Assembly (NCBI GenBank): GCA_964527645.1
Contig: CAZGQK010000005.1
Span: 375 to 64,374 of the forward strand
Source of the DNA: an uncultured Legionellales bacterium
GTDB lineage: Bacteria > Pseudomonadota > Gammaproteobacteria > CAZGQK01
Length of the DNA stretch: 64,000 nucleotides
Direction of reading: 5' to 3'
The position numbers and the translations under genes were made by a program. This document shows positions 31,062 to 41,322 of the stretch, piece after piece. Positions within the stretch are counted from its first letter, which is position 1. Each line of letters begins with the position of its first letter. The notes under the pieces were generated by a model. The model saw only the letters and a program-made list of their open reading frames with translations, did no database searches and had not been told where the DNA came from.

Positions 31062-31583
31062 ATGATGCAAAAGTATGCTGGCTATTTAATTATTTTTTTG
31101 CCGCTCCCTTTGTTGGCGCAGCAATATCTTTGTCCGACAACGAATCGTTTTGTTAGCAGCGGCGCTAGCCTAAGTCAAGTGTTGGCTGCCTGTGGTAAAC
31201 CGTTGCATCAGATTGAGCATAAAAAAAAGCTAACTTATACCAACAGCATCACAACCTGGACTTATCAGTATGTACAGCCTCTAACACGCACGGTGTCTCC
31301 TGTTTATATACAGTTTAAAAATAATCGTGTCTCTGCCATAGGATTTCCACATGGGAAAACTGTGGCGCGGAAAAAAATGCTGCTTTGTCCGCATGGTGCG
31401 GTTATTGCTGGTAGCAGCACGCAATACGTCTTAAAGGTTTGTGGTGTGGCTCAAAGTAAAACTCAGCAAACACAATCACACGATAAAAAAATAATCGAGC
31501 TGGTTTATCAGCCGCGTTCTTACATGCCGCCTAAGATATTTGTGTTTGAGGATGGGCGCTTGGTAGGGCTTGGCGCGCGTTAA
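31062..31583 (+). CDS. secreted hypothetical protein with two tandem Cys-bracketed repeats (DUF2845-like by recollection)
   Basis: Signal peptide MMQKYAGYLIIFLPLPLLA|QQ. Internal duplication: LCPTTNRFVSSGASLSQVLAACGKP...IQFKNNRVSAIG versus LCPHGAVIAGSSTQYVLKVCGVA...FVFEDGRLVGLG. It starts 12 nt after the fusion gene. Confidence 0.45.
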   Translation: MMQKYAGYLIIFLPLPLLAQQYLCPTTNRFVSSGASLSQVLAACGKPLHQIEHKKKLTYTNSITTWTYQYVQPLTRTVSPVYIQFKNNRVSAIGFPHGKTVARKKMLLCPHGAVIAGSSTQYVLKVCGVAQSKTQQTQSHDKKIIELVYQPRSYMPPKIFVFEDGRLVGLGAR

Positions 31584-31596
31584 CTCCGAAAAATAC

Positions 31597-31699
31597 GACC
31601 GTCATACTGTACCTGAGCGGTATCCCGGAAAGTAGCAAAAGGCAGGTGTTTATTTAGTAAATGGACACCACAGCTAAACCGCGGTATGACGCAGGTAAT
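31597..31699. repeat. degenerate REP/MITE-like element in a convergent intergenic gap
   Basis: CGTCATAC (31600-31607) and GTATGACG (31684-31691) form an 8-bp inverted pair. The internal GCGGTATCCCGG resembles the CCGTCATCCCG...CGGGAT family. The 15-mer TATGACGCAGGTAAT recurs near 52778. Confidence 0.35.
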
Positions 31700-31728
31700 T
31701 TTAGCGCATCTGCCCTGGGGTTTACCCT

Positions 31729-32592
31729 TTACTGTTTTAATTGCGTTTGTATATCCACGGCGATTAATAAATTTTGCAATAACGTAGCGACAGTCATTGG
31801 CCCAACGCCACCAGGTACGGGTGTGATCCAGCCGGCTCGTTTACGGGCAGTGGAAAAATCCACGTCACCAACGATATGACCATTGTCTAAATGATTAAAG
31901 CCGACATCGATAACGATGGCGCCGGGTTTAATCCACTCGCTTTGTAAAACACCCACTTTGCCCATGGCAGAAATAAGTATATCCGCATCTGCGACTTGTT
32001 TGCTTAAATTTTTGGTATAGCGATGGCAAATGGTGGTGGTGCAGCGAGCTAGTAATAACTCAAGGGCCATGGGACGGCCAACAATATTAGAAGCACCGAT
32101 GACGACGGCGTGTTGTCCGCTTAAATCTTGCTCAGTGGTTGCTAACAATGTCATCACGCCAGCGGGGGTACAAGGTCGTAGCAGTGGTCGTCTTTGTGCC
32201 AGGCGTCCCAAATTATAGGGATGAAAGCCATCAATATCTTTGGCAGGGTCAATGTGATCTAACAAATCATTGGTATTCAAATGCGCAGGCAAGGGCAGTT
32301 GCAGCAATATGCCGTGGATAGCAGGCTGCTGATTGAGATCTTTGATCAATTGCAGTAATTCAGCTTGGTTAATGTTCTCTGTTAGCTTGTGTAACTCGAA
32401 GCCGACACCTACTTCTTGGCAGGCGCGCTGCTTGTGGCGTACATAGGTGCTAGAGGCAGGGTCGTTACCCACTAAAATGACGGCCAATGCAATGGAATTT
32501 AAGCCATCTTGATTACGCTGTTGGATTTGCTGTGCCACTTGTGCGCGAATTTTTTTGGCAATGGCTTTGCCATCAATGATCTTTGCTGTCAT
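31729..32592 (-). CDS. folD: bifunctional methylenetetrahydrofolate dehydrogenase/cyclohydrolase
   Basis: [55 protein letters not shown]. 287 aa. Confidence 0.95.
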   Translation of the reverse strand: MTAKIIDGKAIAKKIRAQVAQQIQQRNQDGLNSIALAVILVGNDPASSTYVRHKQRACQEVGVGFELHKLTENINQAELLQLIKDLNQQPAIHGILLQLPLPAHLNTNDLLDHIDPAKDIDGFHPYNLGRLAQRRPLLRPCTPAGVMTLLATTEQDLSGQHAVVIGASNIVGRPMALELLLARCTTTICHRYTKNLSKQVADADILISAMGKVGVLQSEWIKPGAIVIDVGFNHLDNGHIVGDVDFSTARKRAGWITPVPGGVGPMTVATLLQNLLIAVDIQTQLKQ

Positions 32593-32672
32593 GTTGGATT
32601 TCCTCTTTAATCAGCTATGCCTATTTGCGTGTTGAAATTTTACTTTGAGCTTACTGTAGGGGGTTTGGTGAA

Positions 32673-32692
32673 TTGTTGCAAGCTTGTTGCAA
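32673..32692. promoter_or_regulatory. tandem direct repeat TTGTTGCAA-GC-TTGTTGCAA, candidate operator upstream of the RND pump genes
   Basis: Exact 9-mer repeated with a 2-nt spacer, centred on the palindrome CAAGCTTG. It lies in the divergent folD / efflux intergenic region, about 170 nt upstream of ATG 32862. Confidence 0.3.
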
Positions 32693-32861
32693 TGGTCCCT
32701 GGTTTTGATATGCGCTGTTAACATGACGGGGGTATTCTTGTCAGCAGGAGAGATGGGTGGTTCACGAGCATGCCATGGCTATGGGCTGGATGCTGATGCA
32801 CTTGGGGTATGCTATAGTGTGGTTAAGCTGACCGACATAACAAATTGTAAAAAAGGCAAAT

Positions 32862-33923
32862 ATGATCAAAAAGATTAGCATCTACGTTGTGATTATTTTA
32901 GTTCTCTTGGGGGTGGGCCGGCTTTGGTATCAGCGTCAAGTGGTGCATCCAGCGTTACAACAAGCGCCACATTTACGTTCATCCATAACCGTTGCTAAAG
33001 TTCGTTTTGTGATTCGACCGAATCAAGTGTCTGCACTAGGGGTATTAAAGGCACAGGATGCGGTAAAAATCAGCACAGAGGTTCCAGGCAAAGTTGTTGC
33101 GGTTTTATTTAAACCTGGTTCTTACGTGACTAAGGGCACATTGTTATACAAGCTGGATGATAGCGTGATAGCGGCACAACTTAGGCAAGCGCAGGCTCAG
33201 TTGCTCTTAAGTCAGTCGAATTATCAGCGTTACCAGTCGCTCAAAGGGATAGATAAAGAAGCCATTTCAGAACAATTATTGGATCGTATGCACGCCAAGT
33301 ATAAAGAAGATACAGCGTTGGTGAATTATTACCAAGCACAAGTGGCACAAACGGTTATTCGTGCGCCTTTTTCCGGCTATGTTGCCGCTAAGCATGTGAG
33401 TGTTGGTGATTACGTAGTGGCCGGTGCCCATTTAACTAGTTTAGTGGATCGTAATTACCTGCTGGCTATTTATCATTTGCCAGAACAATATTTACCACAA
33501 TTACAGCTTGGCCAAAGGGTAAAGGTGCATTTAGAAAATGTAAAAGCCAAGCCTATTTTTGGCAAGGTAAGTTACATTGCACCGAAAGTAAATGTGGCTA
33601 CGCATAGTGTTGCCGTGCACGCTTTGATTTTAAATAAAAAAAATACAATTACACCTGGATTATTTATTAAAGTAATCCAAAGTGTTGGTAAATCCAAAAA
33701 AGTTATGGTCATACCGCAAGCAGCCTTAGTTCCCACGATAGAAGGTTCGCAAGTTTATCGTGTGCGCAATGGCAAAGCATATGCTGTGCCGGTAACCACC
33801 GGATTTATGTTTAAAGATGATATTGAAATTGTAAAAGGATTAAGGCCAGGGGATGTTGTTGTGACTTCAGGGCAGACACGATTAAGAAGCGGTAGCCCTG
33901 TCAAAGAGGCTAATGCACCGTGA
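32862..33923 (+). CDS. RND efflux periplasmic adaptor (membrane fusion protein)
   Basis: An N-terminal TM anchor, then lipoyl/hairpin/beta-barrel pattern (GKVVAVLFKPGSYVTKGTLLYKLDD...QAQLLLSQSNYQRYQSL...IRAPFSGYV). Its stop overlaps the start of the RND permease gene (ATGA-type, 4 nt). Confidence 0.85.
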   Translation: MIKKISIYVVIILVLLGVGRLWYQRQVVHPALQQAPHLRSSITVAKVRFVIRPNQVSALGVLKAQDAVKISTEVPGKVVAVLFKPGSYVTKGTLLYKLDDSVIAAQLRQAQAQLLLSQSNYQRYQSLKGIDKEAISEQLLDRMHAKYKEDTALVNYYQAQVAQTVIRAPFSGYVAAKHVSVGDYVVAGAHLTSLVDRNYLLAIYHLPEQYLPQLQLGQRVKVHLENVKAKPIFGKVSYIAPKVNVATHSVAVHALILNKKNTITPGLFIKVIQSVGKSKKVMVIPQAALVPTIEGSQVYRVRNGKAYAVPVTTGFMFKDDIEIVKGLRPGDVVVTSGQTRLRSGSPVKEANAP

Positions 33924-36900
33924 AATTACCACAATTTTGTATTAAACGACCTGTTTTTACTACTGTAATGAGTCTTATCATTGTAGTAGTGGGAGTTATC
34001 AGTTACACGCGCTTGCCTTTGCGTGGTTATCCTAATGTCAGTGCGCCAAAATTAAGTGTTATTACCACTTATCCGGGCGCTAGCGCCAGTATTATTGAAA
34101 CCCAAATAACCACACCGATTGAAAATCAGTTGACGGGGATTAATGGTCTGCAATCGATACGCTCAAAAACAAGAGAGGGGCGTAGTGTGGTGCAGTTGCG
34201 CTTTGATTTAGGTATAGATACCAATACGGTTGCCGATCAGGTTAGAAATTTAGTCGGCGGGCGTTTTTTAAAAAAATTACCACAAGGGGCTGATGCGCCA
34301 GTGGTGCAAAATTGGGCGGCAGACGATACCGAACAAACACAATTTATTTCACTAGCTGATCCTTCGATGTCCGCTATGGATTTAATTGACTACGCTACTC
34401 GTAATATTGTGCCGGCATTTCAGCAAGTTTCAGGTGTGGCTAGTGTTGAACTTTATGATGACGCTCAGTACGCTATGCGTATTGATTTAAATCCAGCTAA
34501 GATGGCTGAAAAAAAGGTAAGTGTTAATGATGTCACCGATATATTAAAACAACAGAATATTAATCTGCCAAGTGGACAAATAAAAACGCCGAGCCGCTAT
34601 TACAGTGTGTTAACGCAGGGACAACTGCAAACGCCTAAGCAATTTCAAAATCTCATTATTCGCGACCAAACAGGCTATATGGTGCGCTTTGGTGATGTAG
34701 CTAACATTAAAGTGGGTCCCGAAAACGCAGATTCATTGTCTCGGGTTAATGGTAAATCAAGTATTGGTATGGGCGTTTATGCGGATTCAACTGCTAATCC
34801 GATAGTGGTGGCACAACAAATTGACCATGCGATAAAGAAATTGCAAAAAAATATGCCAGAGGGGATGCATTTAAGTGTGCAGTACGATAATACTGATTTC
34901 TTAAAAGTATCAGTTCACGATGTTTATCGTGATTTAGCTTTTGCTTTATTCTTGGTGGTAGTGGTGGTGCTGTTATTTTTAGGTTCATGGCGCTCTACCT
35001 TTATCCCAATTGTTACTATACCGATTTGTTTAATCGGCGTATTCACGTTTGTGTATGTTTTGGGCTATAGTGTCAATATTTTTACTTTATTGGCGTTAGT
35101 CTTGGCGATTGGATTAGTGGTTGATGATTCTATTGTTGTGCTGGAAAATAATTTTCGTCATATTGAAGAAGGTAAAACCCCGCACAATGCCGCTTTAATT
35201 GGTAGCAAAGAAATTGCCTTTGCGGTGGTCGCTATGACCATTACCTTGGCGTCGGTTTACGCGCCGATCGGTTTTGCTCGCGGCATGACGGGTATTGTCT
35301 TTCGGGAGTTTGCCTTTACTTTAGCTATAGCGGTGATTATTTCGGGTTTTGTCGCATTAACTTTATCGCCGATGATGTGTGCGCGTTTTTTACAACCGGT
35401 GCAAAAAATGTCGGGCTATGGACAGGCATTGGAAAAAATATTTCAACGAATTATAAAGTTTTATCGTCAATTATTGCAAGGTTTTTTGCGGCGACGATTA
35501 TGGGTGACGGGCATATTGGTGGTTATCGCGGTGTTGGGTTTTTTCATTTTCCAAAGCTTGCCTTCAGAATTATCCCCCAGTGAGGATATGGGTACTTTTA
35601 ATATAATTGTTAATGCACCAGCAAACGCTAGTTTGCGGTATACCTCGGCTGCGGTCAAAAAAATTGAGAAAATGGTATTAAAGATTCCTGAAGTTACTAC
35701 CGAAGCTACGCATTTACAACCAGATAGGGGCATGATTTGGGTAACACTAAAACCGTGGTCACAGCGCAGTCGTTCGGCACAACAGATTATTGCACAAGTG
35801 AATCATCAACTAAAAAATATTTCACAGGTTCAGGCTTCAGCTTTTAGTCCCAGTTTTATTGGTGGTGGTGGGAAAAATGGTGACTCGGTGCAACTGGTCG
35901 TTATGACCAATGATACTTTTCCTAGGTTATATAATATGACAGAAAAAATGCTTGACGCTATTAACAAATATCCTGGACTAACTAATGCTTCCCAGGATTT
36001 GCAAATTAATAGTAAAGAATTTGTCGTGCATGTTAATCATGCGATGGCTGCTGCCCTACAGGTTGATCCCAGCGATGTCATGACTGCTGTGCAGACGATG
36101 TTGGGTGGTGCTACGGTGAGTAAATTTAATTGGGATAATCACGACTACGATGTTATTTTGCAGTTACCGGATAAAGATTTAAAAAATCCTCAAATTATTG
36201 ATCAATTGTATGTGCGCAATACCGCGGGGAAAATGATTCCACTGTCTAGCCTGGCTAGTATTAGTCAGATTGTGGCACCGGCTTCTTTGCCGCATCAGGA
36301 TCGCTTGCGTGCGGATACGATTACCGCGCAAGTAACTCCGGGTTACAGTATGGGAGAAGGGGTTAAATTTTTACGTAAAACGGCCAAGCAGTTGCTGCCA
36401 AGTACGGCTTCTTTTAAATTCCGCGGCGTTGCACAACGAATGCTGGAGTCACGAAATACCATGATTGGTTCGTTTGCTTTGGCCTTGATTTTTATTTATT
36501 TAGTTTTATCAGCGCAGTTTGAGAGTTTTATTGATCCTTTTATTATTATGTTAACGGTACCCTTGTCCATGGTAGGAGCGTTATTTACTTTAAAAGTGAC
36601 GGGCAATAGTTTAAGTATTTATACCAACATTGGCTTTGTGACTTTAATTGGTTTGATTGCTAAGCACGGTATTTTAATTACCGAATTTGCCAATCAGCTG
36701 CGCGCGCAAGGTAAGGGTTTGTATGAGGCGATTGAAGAAGCCGCAGCGATGCGTCTGCGGCCTATTCTCATGACTACGGCTGCAATGGTGATTGGTGCGT
36801 TGCCATTGGCATTAAGTGGTGGGGCTGGAGCGATTGGTCGACAACATATTGGCTGGGTGATAGTGGGCGGAATGTTTTTTGGCACCTTTTTCTCGCTGGT

Positions 36901-36964
36901 GGTGGTGCCAGTGGCCTATTCGTTTTTTGGTCAGTTTAGGAAAATTAAATTAAAGAAAGATTAA
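33920..36964 (+). CDS. RND efflux transporter permease (AcrB/AcrD/MexB-type, HAE1 family)
   Basis: 1014 aa. FCIKRPVFTTVMSLIIV..., 12-TM topology with two large periplasmic loops, and the GLVVDDSIVVLEN motif in TM4. Confidence 0.9.
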   Translation: MKLPQFCIKRPVFTTVMSLIIVVVGVISYTRLPLRGYPNVSAPKLSVITTYPGASASIIETQITTPIENQLTGINGLQSIRSKTREGRSVVQLRFDLGIDTNTVADQVRNLVGGRFLKKLPQGADAPVVQNWAADDTEQTQFISLADPSMSAMDLIDYATRNIVPAFQQVSGVASVELYDDAQYAMRIDLNPAKMAEKKVSVNDVTDILKQQNINLPSGQIKTPSRYYSVLTQGQLQTPKQFQNLIIRDQTGYMVRFGDVANIKVGPENADSLSRVNGKSSIGMGVYADSTANPIVVAQQIDHAIKKLQKNMPEGMHLSVQYDNTDFLKVSVHDVYRDLAFALFLVVVVVLLFLGSWRSTFIPIVTIPICLIGVFTFVYVLGYSVNIFTLLALVLAIGLVVDDSIVVLENNFRHIEEGKTPHNAALIGSKEIAFAVVAMTITLASVYAPIGFARGMTGIVFREFAFTLAIAVIISGFVALTLSPMMCARFLQPVQKMSGYGQALEKIFQRIIKFYRQLLQGFLRRRLWVTGILVVIAVLGFFIFQSLPSELSPSEDMGTFNIIVNAPANASLRYTSAAVKKIEKMVLKIPEVTTEATHLQPDRGMIWVTLKPWSQRSRSAQQIIAQVNHQLKNISQVQASAFSPSFIGGGGKNGDSVQLVVMTNDTFPRLYNMTEKMLDAINKYPGLTNASQDLQINSKEFVVHVNHAMAAALQVDPSDVMTAVQTMLGGATVSKFNWDNHDYDVILQLPDKDLKNPQIIDQLYVRNTAGKMIPLSSLASISQIVAPASLPHQDRLRADTITAQVTPGYSMGEGVKFLRKTAKQLLPSTASFKFRGVAQRMLESRNTMIGSFALALIFIYLVLSAQFESFIDPFIIMLTVPLSMVGALFTLKVTGNSLSIYTNIGFVTLIGLIAKHGILITEFANQLRAQGKGLYEAIEEAAAMRLRPILMTTAAMVIGALPLALSGGAGAIGRQHIGWVIVGGMFFGTFFSLVVVPVAYSFFGQFRKIKLKKD

Positions 36965-37229
36965 TCTTTTAATTAAAATCCAGTTATGTCGTAAATTTTA
37001 ATAAATTGTTTTTTTGTTTGTTTTTCTTTTTAGCGGCGTAGCCTTTTATCGCCTTCTTTTTCGCATATTACTTGGAGCTAGGTTACTGGCGGCCAAGCTG
37101 CCTAATTCTGTGGCATTTATATGAAAGTGCTGTGCTAATTCATCGATCGTGACACCGGGGAAGACTTGCGCTCTCTAATACAACGACCAAAGAGTATCAG
37201 CGGTGTGCGTGTGTATTTCCGAGAAAACT

Positions 37230-37559
37230 TCAACCATTAATATTTGTAAGCAGGCTTTTGCCTTTTTTAGCAAGTTTTTCTGAGGGCTTGTAGATGGCAA
37301 TGACGTGCCCAATACTATGAATTAACACAGCTTGATGCTCGTTGCATAGGGTTTCAACTAATTGTTTGCGTTGCTCGGCATTGTTGGCATTGATACGAAT
37401 TTTAATTAGCTCGTGGTCTTCTAAGGCGCGAGCAGTTTCTTGATGTACGCTCGCAGAAAGTTCTTGTGCACCGATAATAATGACCGGCTTCAAGTGATGC
37501 ACTAAACGTTTGAGGTGCAACTTTTGTGGTTTGGTTAGGTTTAGCATAGATGAGCTCAA
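37230..37559 (-). CDS. yhbY: ribosome assembly RNA-binding protein YhbY (CRM domain)
   Basis: LTKPQKLHLKRLVHHLKPVIIIG...EDHELIKIRI... aligns with E. coli YhbY. It is divergent from rlmE, as in E. coli. Confidence 0.85.
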   Translation of the reverse strand: MSSSMLNLTKPQKLHLKRLVHHLKPVIIIGAQELSASVHQETARALEDHELIKIRINANNAEQRKQLVETLCNEHQAVLIHSIGHVIAIYKPSEKLAKKGKSLLTNING

Positions 37560-37752
37560 TTTTCATGGTGAGTAGATGCGGCCAGTTTACTGGGGCATGT
37601 CCTAGAAGTCTAGGCTAGGGACGCGCCCTAAGTGCAGTGATGGGCACTGGCCTGGGTGAGCAAATTTTCATCTGATGCTTATCCATACAATCTTTTATGA
37701 TACTGGTGAAGATGTTAGGCTTGCAGGCATGGGTGTTGGCTAGAGAGATGTT

Positions 37753-38364
37753 ATGGGTGACAGTAAGCGGTGGCTGCGAGAGCATTTTGATGATGTCTAT
37801 GTTAAGCGGGCGCAGAAAGAGGGCTACCCGTCACGTGCTGCCTACAAATTGCTCGAAATCCAGGATAAAGATCATCTGCTGAAGCCTGGTATGATAGTGG
37901 TTGATCTAGGCGCCGCCCCGGGTGGCTGGTCATTGGTAGCGAAGCGCCTGGTGGGGTCCGGGGGACGGGTGATTGCGCTAGACATACTGCTGATGCAGGT
38001 GCCTGAGGGAGTCGAGTTTATTTGTGGTGATTTTACAGGGAAAGATGTGTATAATCAGCTGGTTAGTTTAATTGGTGAAAAGCGCGTAGATGTTGTTCTA
38101 TCCGATTTGGCACCCAACATGAGTGGGCAAAAAAGTATTGATCAGCCGCGTTCCCTGTATTTGGTTGAATTGGCTTGGGATTTTGCCAAAAATAACTTAG
38201 CGCCTGGAGGTACTTTTTTGGCCAAAGTGTTTCAGGGTTCGGGTGTAGAGGATTTGATCCGGGACTTGCGTAAAAGCTTCAAGCAGGTTAAGTTGCGTAA
38301 ACCAAAAGCTTCGCGGGCTCGTTCGCCGGAAGTATACATTGTTGGGAAATTTTTTTTGGGTTAG
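37753..38364 (+). CDS. rlmE: 23S rRNA (uridine2552-2'-O)-methyltransferase RlmE (FtsJ)
   Basis: WLREHFDDVYVKRAQKEGYPSRAAYKLLEIQDK...VVDLGAAPGGWS...VLSDLAPNMSG. 203 aa. Confidence 0.95.
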   Translation: MGDSKRWLREHFDDVYVKRAQKEGYPSRAAYKLLEIQDKDHLLKPGMIVVDLGAAPGGWSLVAKRLVGSGGRVIALDILLMQVPEGVEFICGDFTGKDVYNQLVSLIGEKRVDVVLSDLAPNMSGQKSIDQPRSLYLVELAWDFAKNNLAPGGTFLAKVFQGSGVEDLIRDLRKSFKQVKLRKPKASRARSPEVYIVGKFFLG

Positions 38365-38406
38365 ACCATAGAGTAGAACCCCAGATAAGCAATCGAGGTA
38401 GTAGCA

Positions 38407-40371
38407 TTGAATACAACATTTAAAAATATCTTGGTGTGGCTGATAGTTGCCGTTTTGTTGATTTTTGTGTTTAGCAATTTTGGGGCGCGTAAAAAAGAGG
38501 CGAAGCCTTATACTTATTCGCAGTTTTTGCAAGCGGTGGATAAGGGTCAGGTCAAGCGTGTGGTTATTCAGGGGCAGACTATACAAGGTACGCTTGCCAG
38601 TGGGGTTAAGTTTAGTAGCTACTTGCCAGTACAAGATCAGAACCTCTTGCCTTCGTTGATGAAGAAAGGTGTCAGTGTTCAAGGTAAACCGCCAAAACAG
38701 CGGAGTCCTTGGTTACAGATTTTGATTAGCTGGTTTCCGATCCTTCTACTGTTAGGCTTTTTCCTTTTTTGGATGCGTCAGATGCAAGGTGGCGGTGGTA
38801 AAGGTGGCCCAATGTCGTTTGGTCGCAGTAAAGCGCGTTTATTAGGTGAGGATCAAGTTAAGGTAACCTTTAAAGATGTTGCCGGTGTGGAAGAAGCAAA
38901 ACACGAAGTGCAAGAATTGGTGGAGTTTTTGCGTGACCCCGGTAAATTTCAAAAATTAGGCGGCAAAATTCCTTGTGGTGTTTTATTGGTGGGTGCACCC
39001 GGGACCGGTAAAACATTATTAGCTAAAGCAGTAGCTGGCGAAGCAAAGGTACCCTTCTTTACCATTTCTGGTTCTGATTTTGTTGAAATGTTTGTTGGAG
39101 TGGGTGCTTCACGCGTACGCGATATGTTTGAGCAGGCTAAAAAGCAAGCGCCTTGCATTATCTTTATCGATGAAATTGATGCGGTAGGTCGGCATCGTGG
39201 TGCTGGTTTGGGCGGCGGACACGATGAGCGTGAACAAACTTTAAATCAATTATTGGTTGAAATGGATGGTTTTGGTGGTAACGAAGGTGTGATTGTGATG
39301 GCCGCTACTAACCGTCCAGATGTATTGGATCCCGCTTTATTGCGTCCAGGGCGCTTTGATCGTCAAGTCGTTGTACCGTTGCCGGATATTCGCGGGCGTG
39401 AGAAAATTTTAGACGTGCATTTACAAAAAGTACCGCGGGCTGATGATACACAAGCGTCGGTGATTGCGCGGGGAACGCCTGGTTTTTCGGGTGCTGATTT
39501 AGCAAATTTAGTTAATGAAGCCGCTTTGTTTGCTGCGCGTGATAATAAAACCAAAGTGGGTATGCAAGATTTAGAGCGTGCAAAAGATAAAATATTGATG
39601 GGAGCGGAGCGTCGCTCAATGGTTATGAGCGAAGATGAAAAACGTTTAACGGCTTTTCATGAGGCTGGGCATGCCATTGTTGGTTTGTCTATGCCGGATC
39701 ATGATCCCGTTTATAAAGTGACTATTATTCCGCGCGGGCGTGCTTTGGGTGTGACGATGTTTTTACCAGAAGCCGATCGTTACAGTTATTCACGACAGCG
39801 TTTGCGTAGTCAAATTGCCTCCATGTTTGGTGGGCGGTTGGCAGAAATTTTAGTTTTCGGTCCTGACCATGTAACCACAGGGGCTTCAAATGATATTGAA
39901 AAAGCCACGGAAATTGCACGAAATATGGTAACCAAGTGGGGATTGTCGGAGCGCATGGGCCCAATAACCTATGGTCAAAACGAAGAAGAAGTTTTTCTTG
40001 GGCGTTCTGTTTCGCGCCATCAAGAAATTTCAGAGTCAACTAGTGCAGCGATTGATGAAGAGGTGCGGCGTATTATTGATGAAATGTATGCTATAGCAGA
40101 AAAGATTCTACAGGAAAATAGAGATAAATTAGATTTAATGGCCGAAGCTTTAATAAAGTACGAAACAATTGGCCAGGCGCAAATTAAAGAAGCAATGCAG
40201 GGGAAGGCACCAGCGCCACCGGAAGGTTGGGAAGAGAGTCAATCGCAACCCAGTGACGTTGAGAAAGATCAAACAATTGCAACGGAACAGGTTGAAACAA
40301 CTGAAGATGCTTCATCAAAGGATGATGATTCGTCTGCTTCTTTTAAGCGAAACGACGAAACCACAGAATAG
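38407..40371 (+). CDS. ftsH: ATP-dependent zinc metalloprotease FtsH
   Basis: Walker [22 protein letters not shown] region [20 protein letters not shown] and zinc site HEAGHA. TTG start 7 nt after GAGGT. 654 aa with an acidic C-terminal tail. Confidence 0.95.
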   Translation: MNTTFKNILVWLIVAVLLIFVFSNFGARKKEAKPYTYSQFLQAVDKGQVKRVVIQGQTIQGTLASGVKFSSYLPVQDQNLLPSLMKKGVSVQGKPPKQRSPWLQILISWFPILLLLGFFLFWMRQMQGGGGKGGPMSFGRSKARLLGEDQVKVTFKDVAGVEEAKHEVQELVEFLRDPGKFQKLGGKIPCGVLLVGAPGTGKTLLAKAVAGEAKVPFFTISGSDFVEMFVGVGASRVRDMFEQAKKQAPCIIFIDEIDAVGRHRGAGLGGGHDEREQTLNQLLVEMDGFGGNEGVIVMAATNRPDVLDPALLRPGRFDRQVVVPLPDIRGREKILDVHLQKVPRADDTQASVIARGTPGFSGADLANLVNEAALFAARDNKTKVGMQDLERAKDKILMGAERRSMVMSEDEKRLTAFHEAGHAIVGLSMPDHDPVYKVTIIPRGRALGVTMFLPEADRYSYSRQRLRSQIASMFGGRLAEILVFGPDHVTTGASNDIEKATEIARNMVTKWGLSERMGPITYGQNEEEVFLGRSVSRHQEISESTSAAIDEEVRRIIDEMYAIAEKILQENRDKLDLMAEALIKYETIGQAQIKEAMQGKAPAPPEGWEESQSQPSDVEKDQTIATEQVETTEDASSKDDDSSASFKRNDETTE

Positions 40372-40415
40372 TTTTTACGGAAAAAACCGCCGAGAAACTG
40401 GCGGTATGTCTTTTT

Positions 40416-41321
40416 ATGGAGAGTGTTGTCGTGCAGATTTCAAACATGCATGAGCGAGCATGTGCACCTTTATCGTTGCGCTTGCGCGACGGACATCAAT
40501 TAAACTTAAATACGCCATTGGTGATGGGCGTTGTGAACATTACCACGAATTCTTTTTATAATCCTACGCCCAAATTATCCGATGCTCTACAGTTAGCAGA
40601 AAAAATGGTTGCTGAGGGAGCAAGCCTATTAGATGTGGGAGGCGAGGCTACTAATCCCAAAATCAATCTTGCGCAAGATGCGCCATCTGTGGAGCAGGAA
40701 TTAGCACGAGTTATTCCGTTGATCACTGCCATTAAAAAAAAATTAGACGTGCTGGTGTCTGTTGATACATCGCGTTGGCAAGTGATGCAGGCGGCAGCTG
40801 ATGCTGGCGCAGATATAATTAATGATCAGCGAGCCTTAGCAGATCCAAAAGCTTTGCAGGTGGTTGCGGATTTAAAAATTCCCGTATGTTTAATGCACTT
40901 TTTTCCTACTAAACGCCAGCCGGGTTCCATGTCTTTTGCAAATTTATTGTTGCAAATTAAAGATGATCTAAATAAACGCGTTATAGCCTGTAAATCTGCT
41001 GGCATTGCTAGTGATCAAATTATTATTGATCCAGGTTTTGGTCAGGGAAACTATAATAAAAATTGCGATGAAAATTATTATTTATTGGCTAATTTAATGC
41101 AATTTTTTGAGTTACAATTGCCTATTCTAATAGGCTGGTCACGTAAATCAATGATTGGCGACGTTTTAGGGGTAGCAGCCAATAAACGTCTTTATGGCAG
41201 TCTTTCAGCTGCTTTAGTTGGTGCCTGGCAAGGTGCATCAATTATTCGTGTACACGATGTCCAAGCAACAGTAGAGGCATTAAAAATCATGCAATATACG
41301 CGAAAATTTACGGAGATTTAA
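40416..41321 (+). CDS. folP: dihydropteroate synthase
   Basis: VMGVVNITTNSFYN, LLDVGGEAT, DTSRWQVM and IIDPGFGQ... are pterin-binding motifs. The start is uncertain (ATG 40416, GTG 40431 or ATG 40446). Confidence 0.9.
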   Translation: MESVVVQISNMHERACAPLSLRLRDGHQLNLNTPLVMGVVNITTNSFYNPTPKLSDALQLAEKMVAEGASLLDVGGEATNPKINLAQDAPSVEQELARVIPLITAIKKKLDVLVSVDTSRWQVMQAAADAGADIINDQRALADPKALQVVADLKIPVCLMHFFPTKRQPGSMSFANLLLQIKDDLNKRVIACKSAGIASDQIIIDPGFGQGNYNKNCDENYYLLANLMQFFELQLPILIGWSRKSMIGDVLGVAANKRLYGSLSAALVGAWQGASIIRVHDVQATVEALKIMQYTRKFTEI

Positions 41322-41322
41322 C

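Noticed and set aside
36990-37175. Minus-strand frame reading ...QVFPGVTIDELAQHFHINATELGSLAASNLAPSNMRKRRR*, which looks like a helix-turn-helix fragment downstream of yhbY
   Set aside because: There is no start codon in frame (a TAG lies immediately upstream) and it is only ~40 codons. It could be a decayed gene remnant, but I cannot support a call.
37560-37752. Relatively GC-rich 190-bp yhbY / rlmE divergent spacer examined for an ncRNA or a sigma-32 promoter
   Set aside because: No match to CTTGAAA-N13-15-CCCCAT, and no recognisable tRNA, tmRNA, 6S, SRP or RNase P signature. Nothing supportable by eye.
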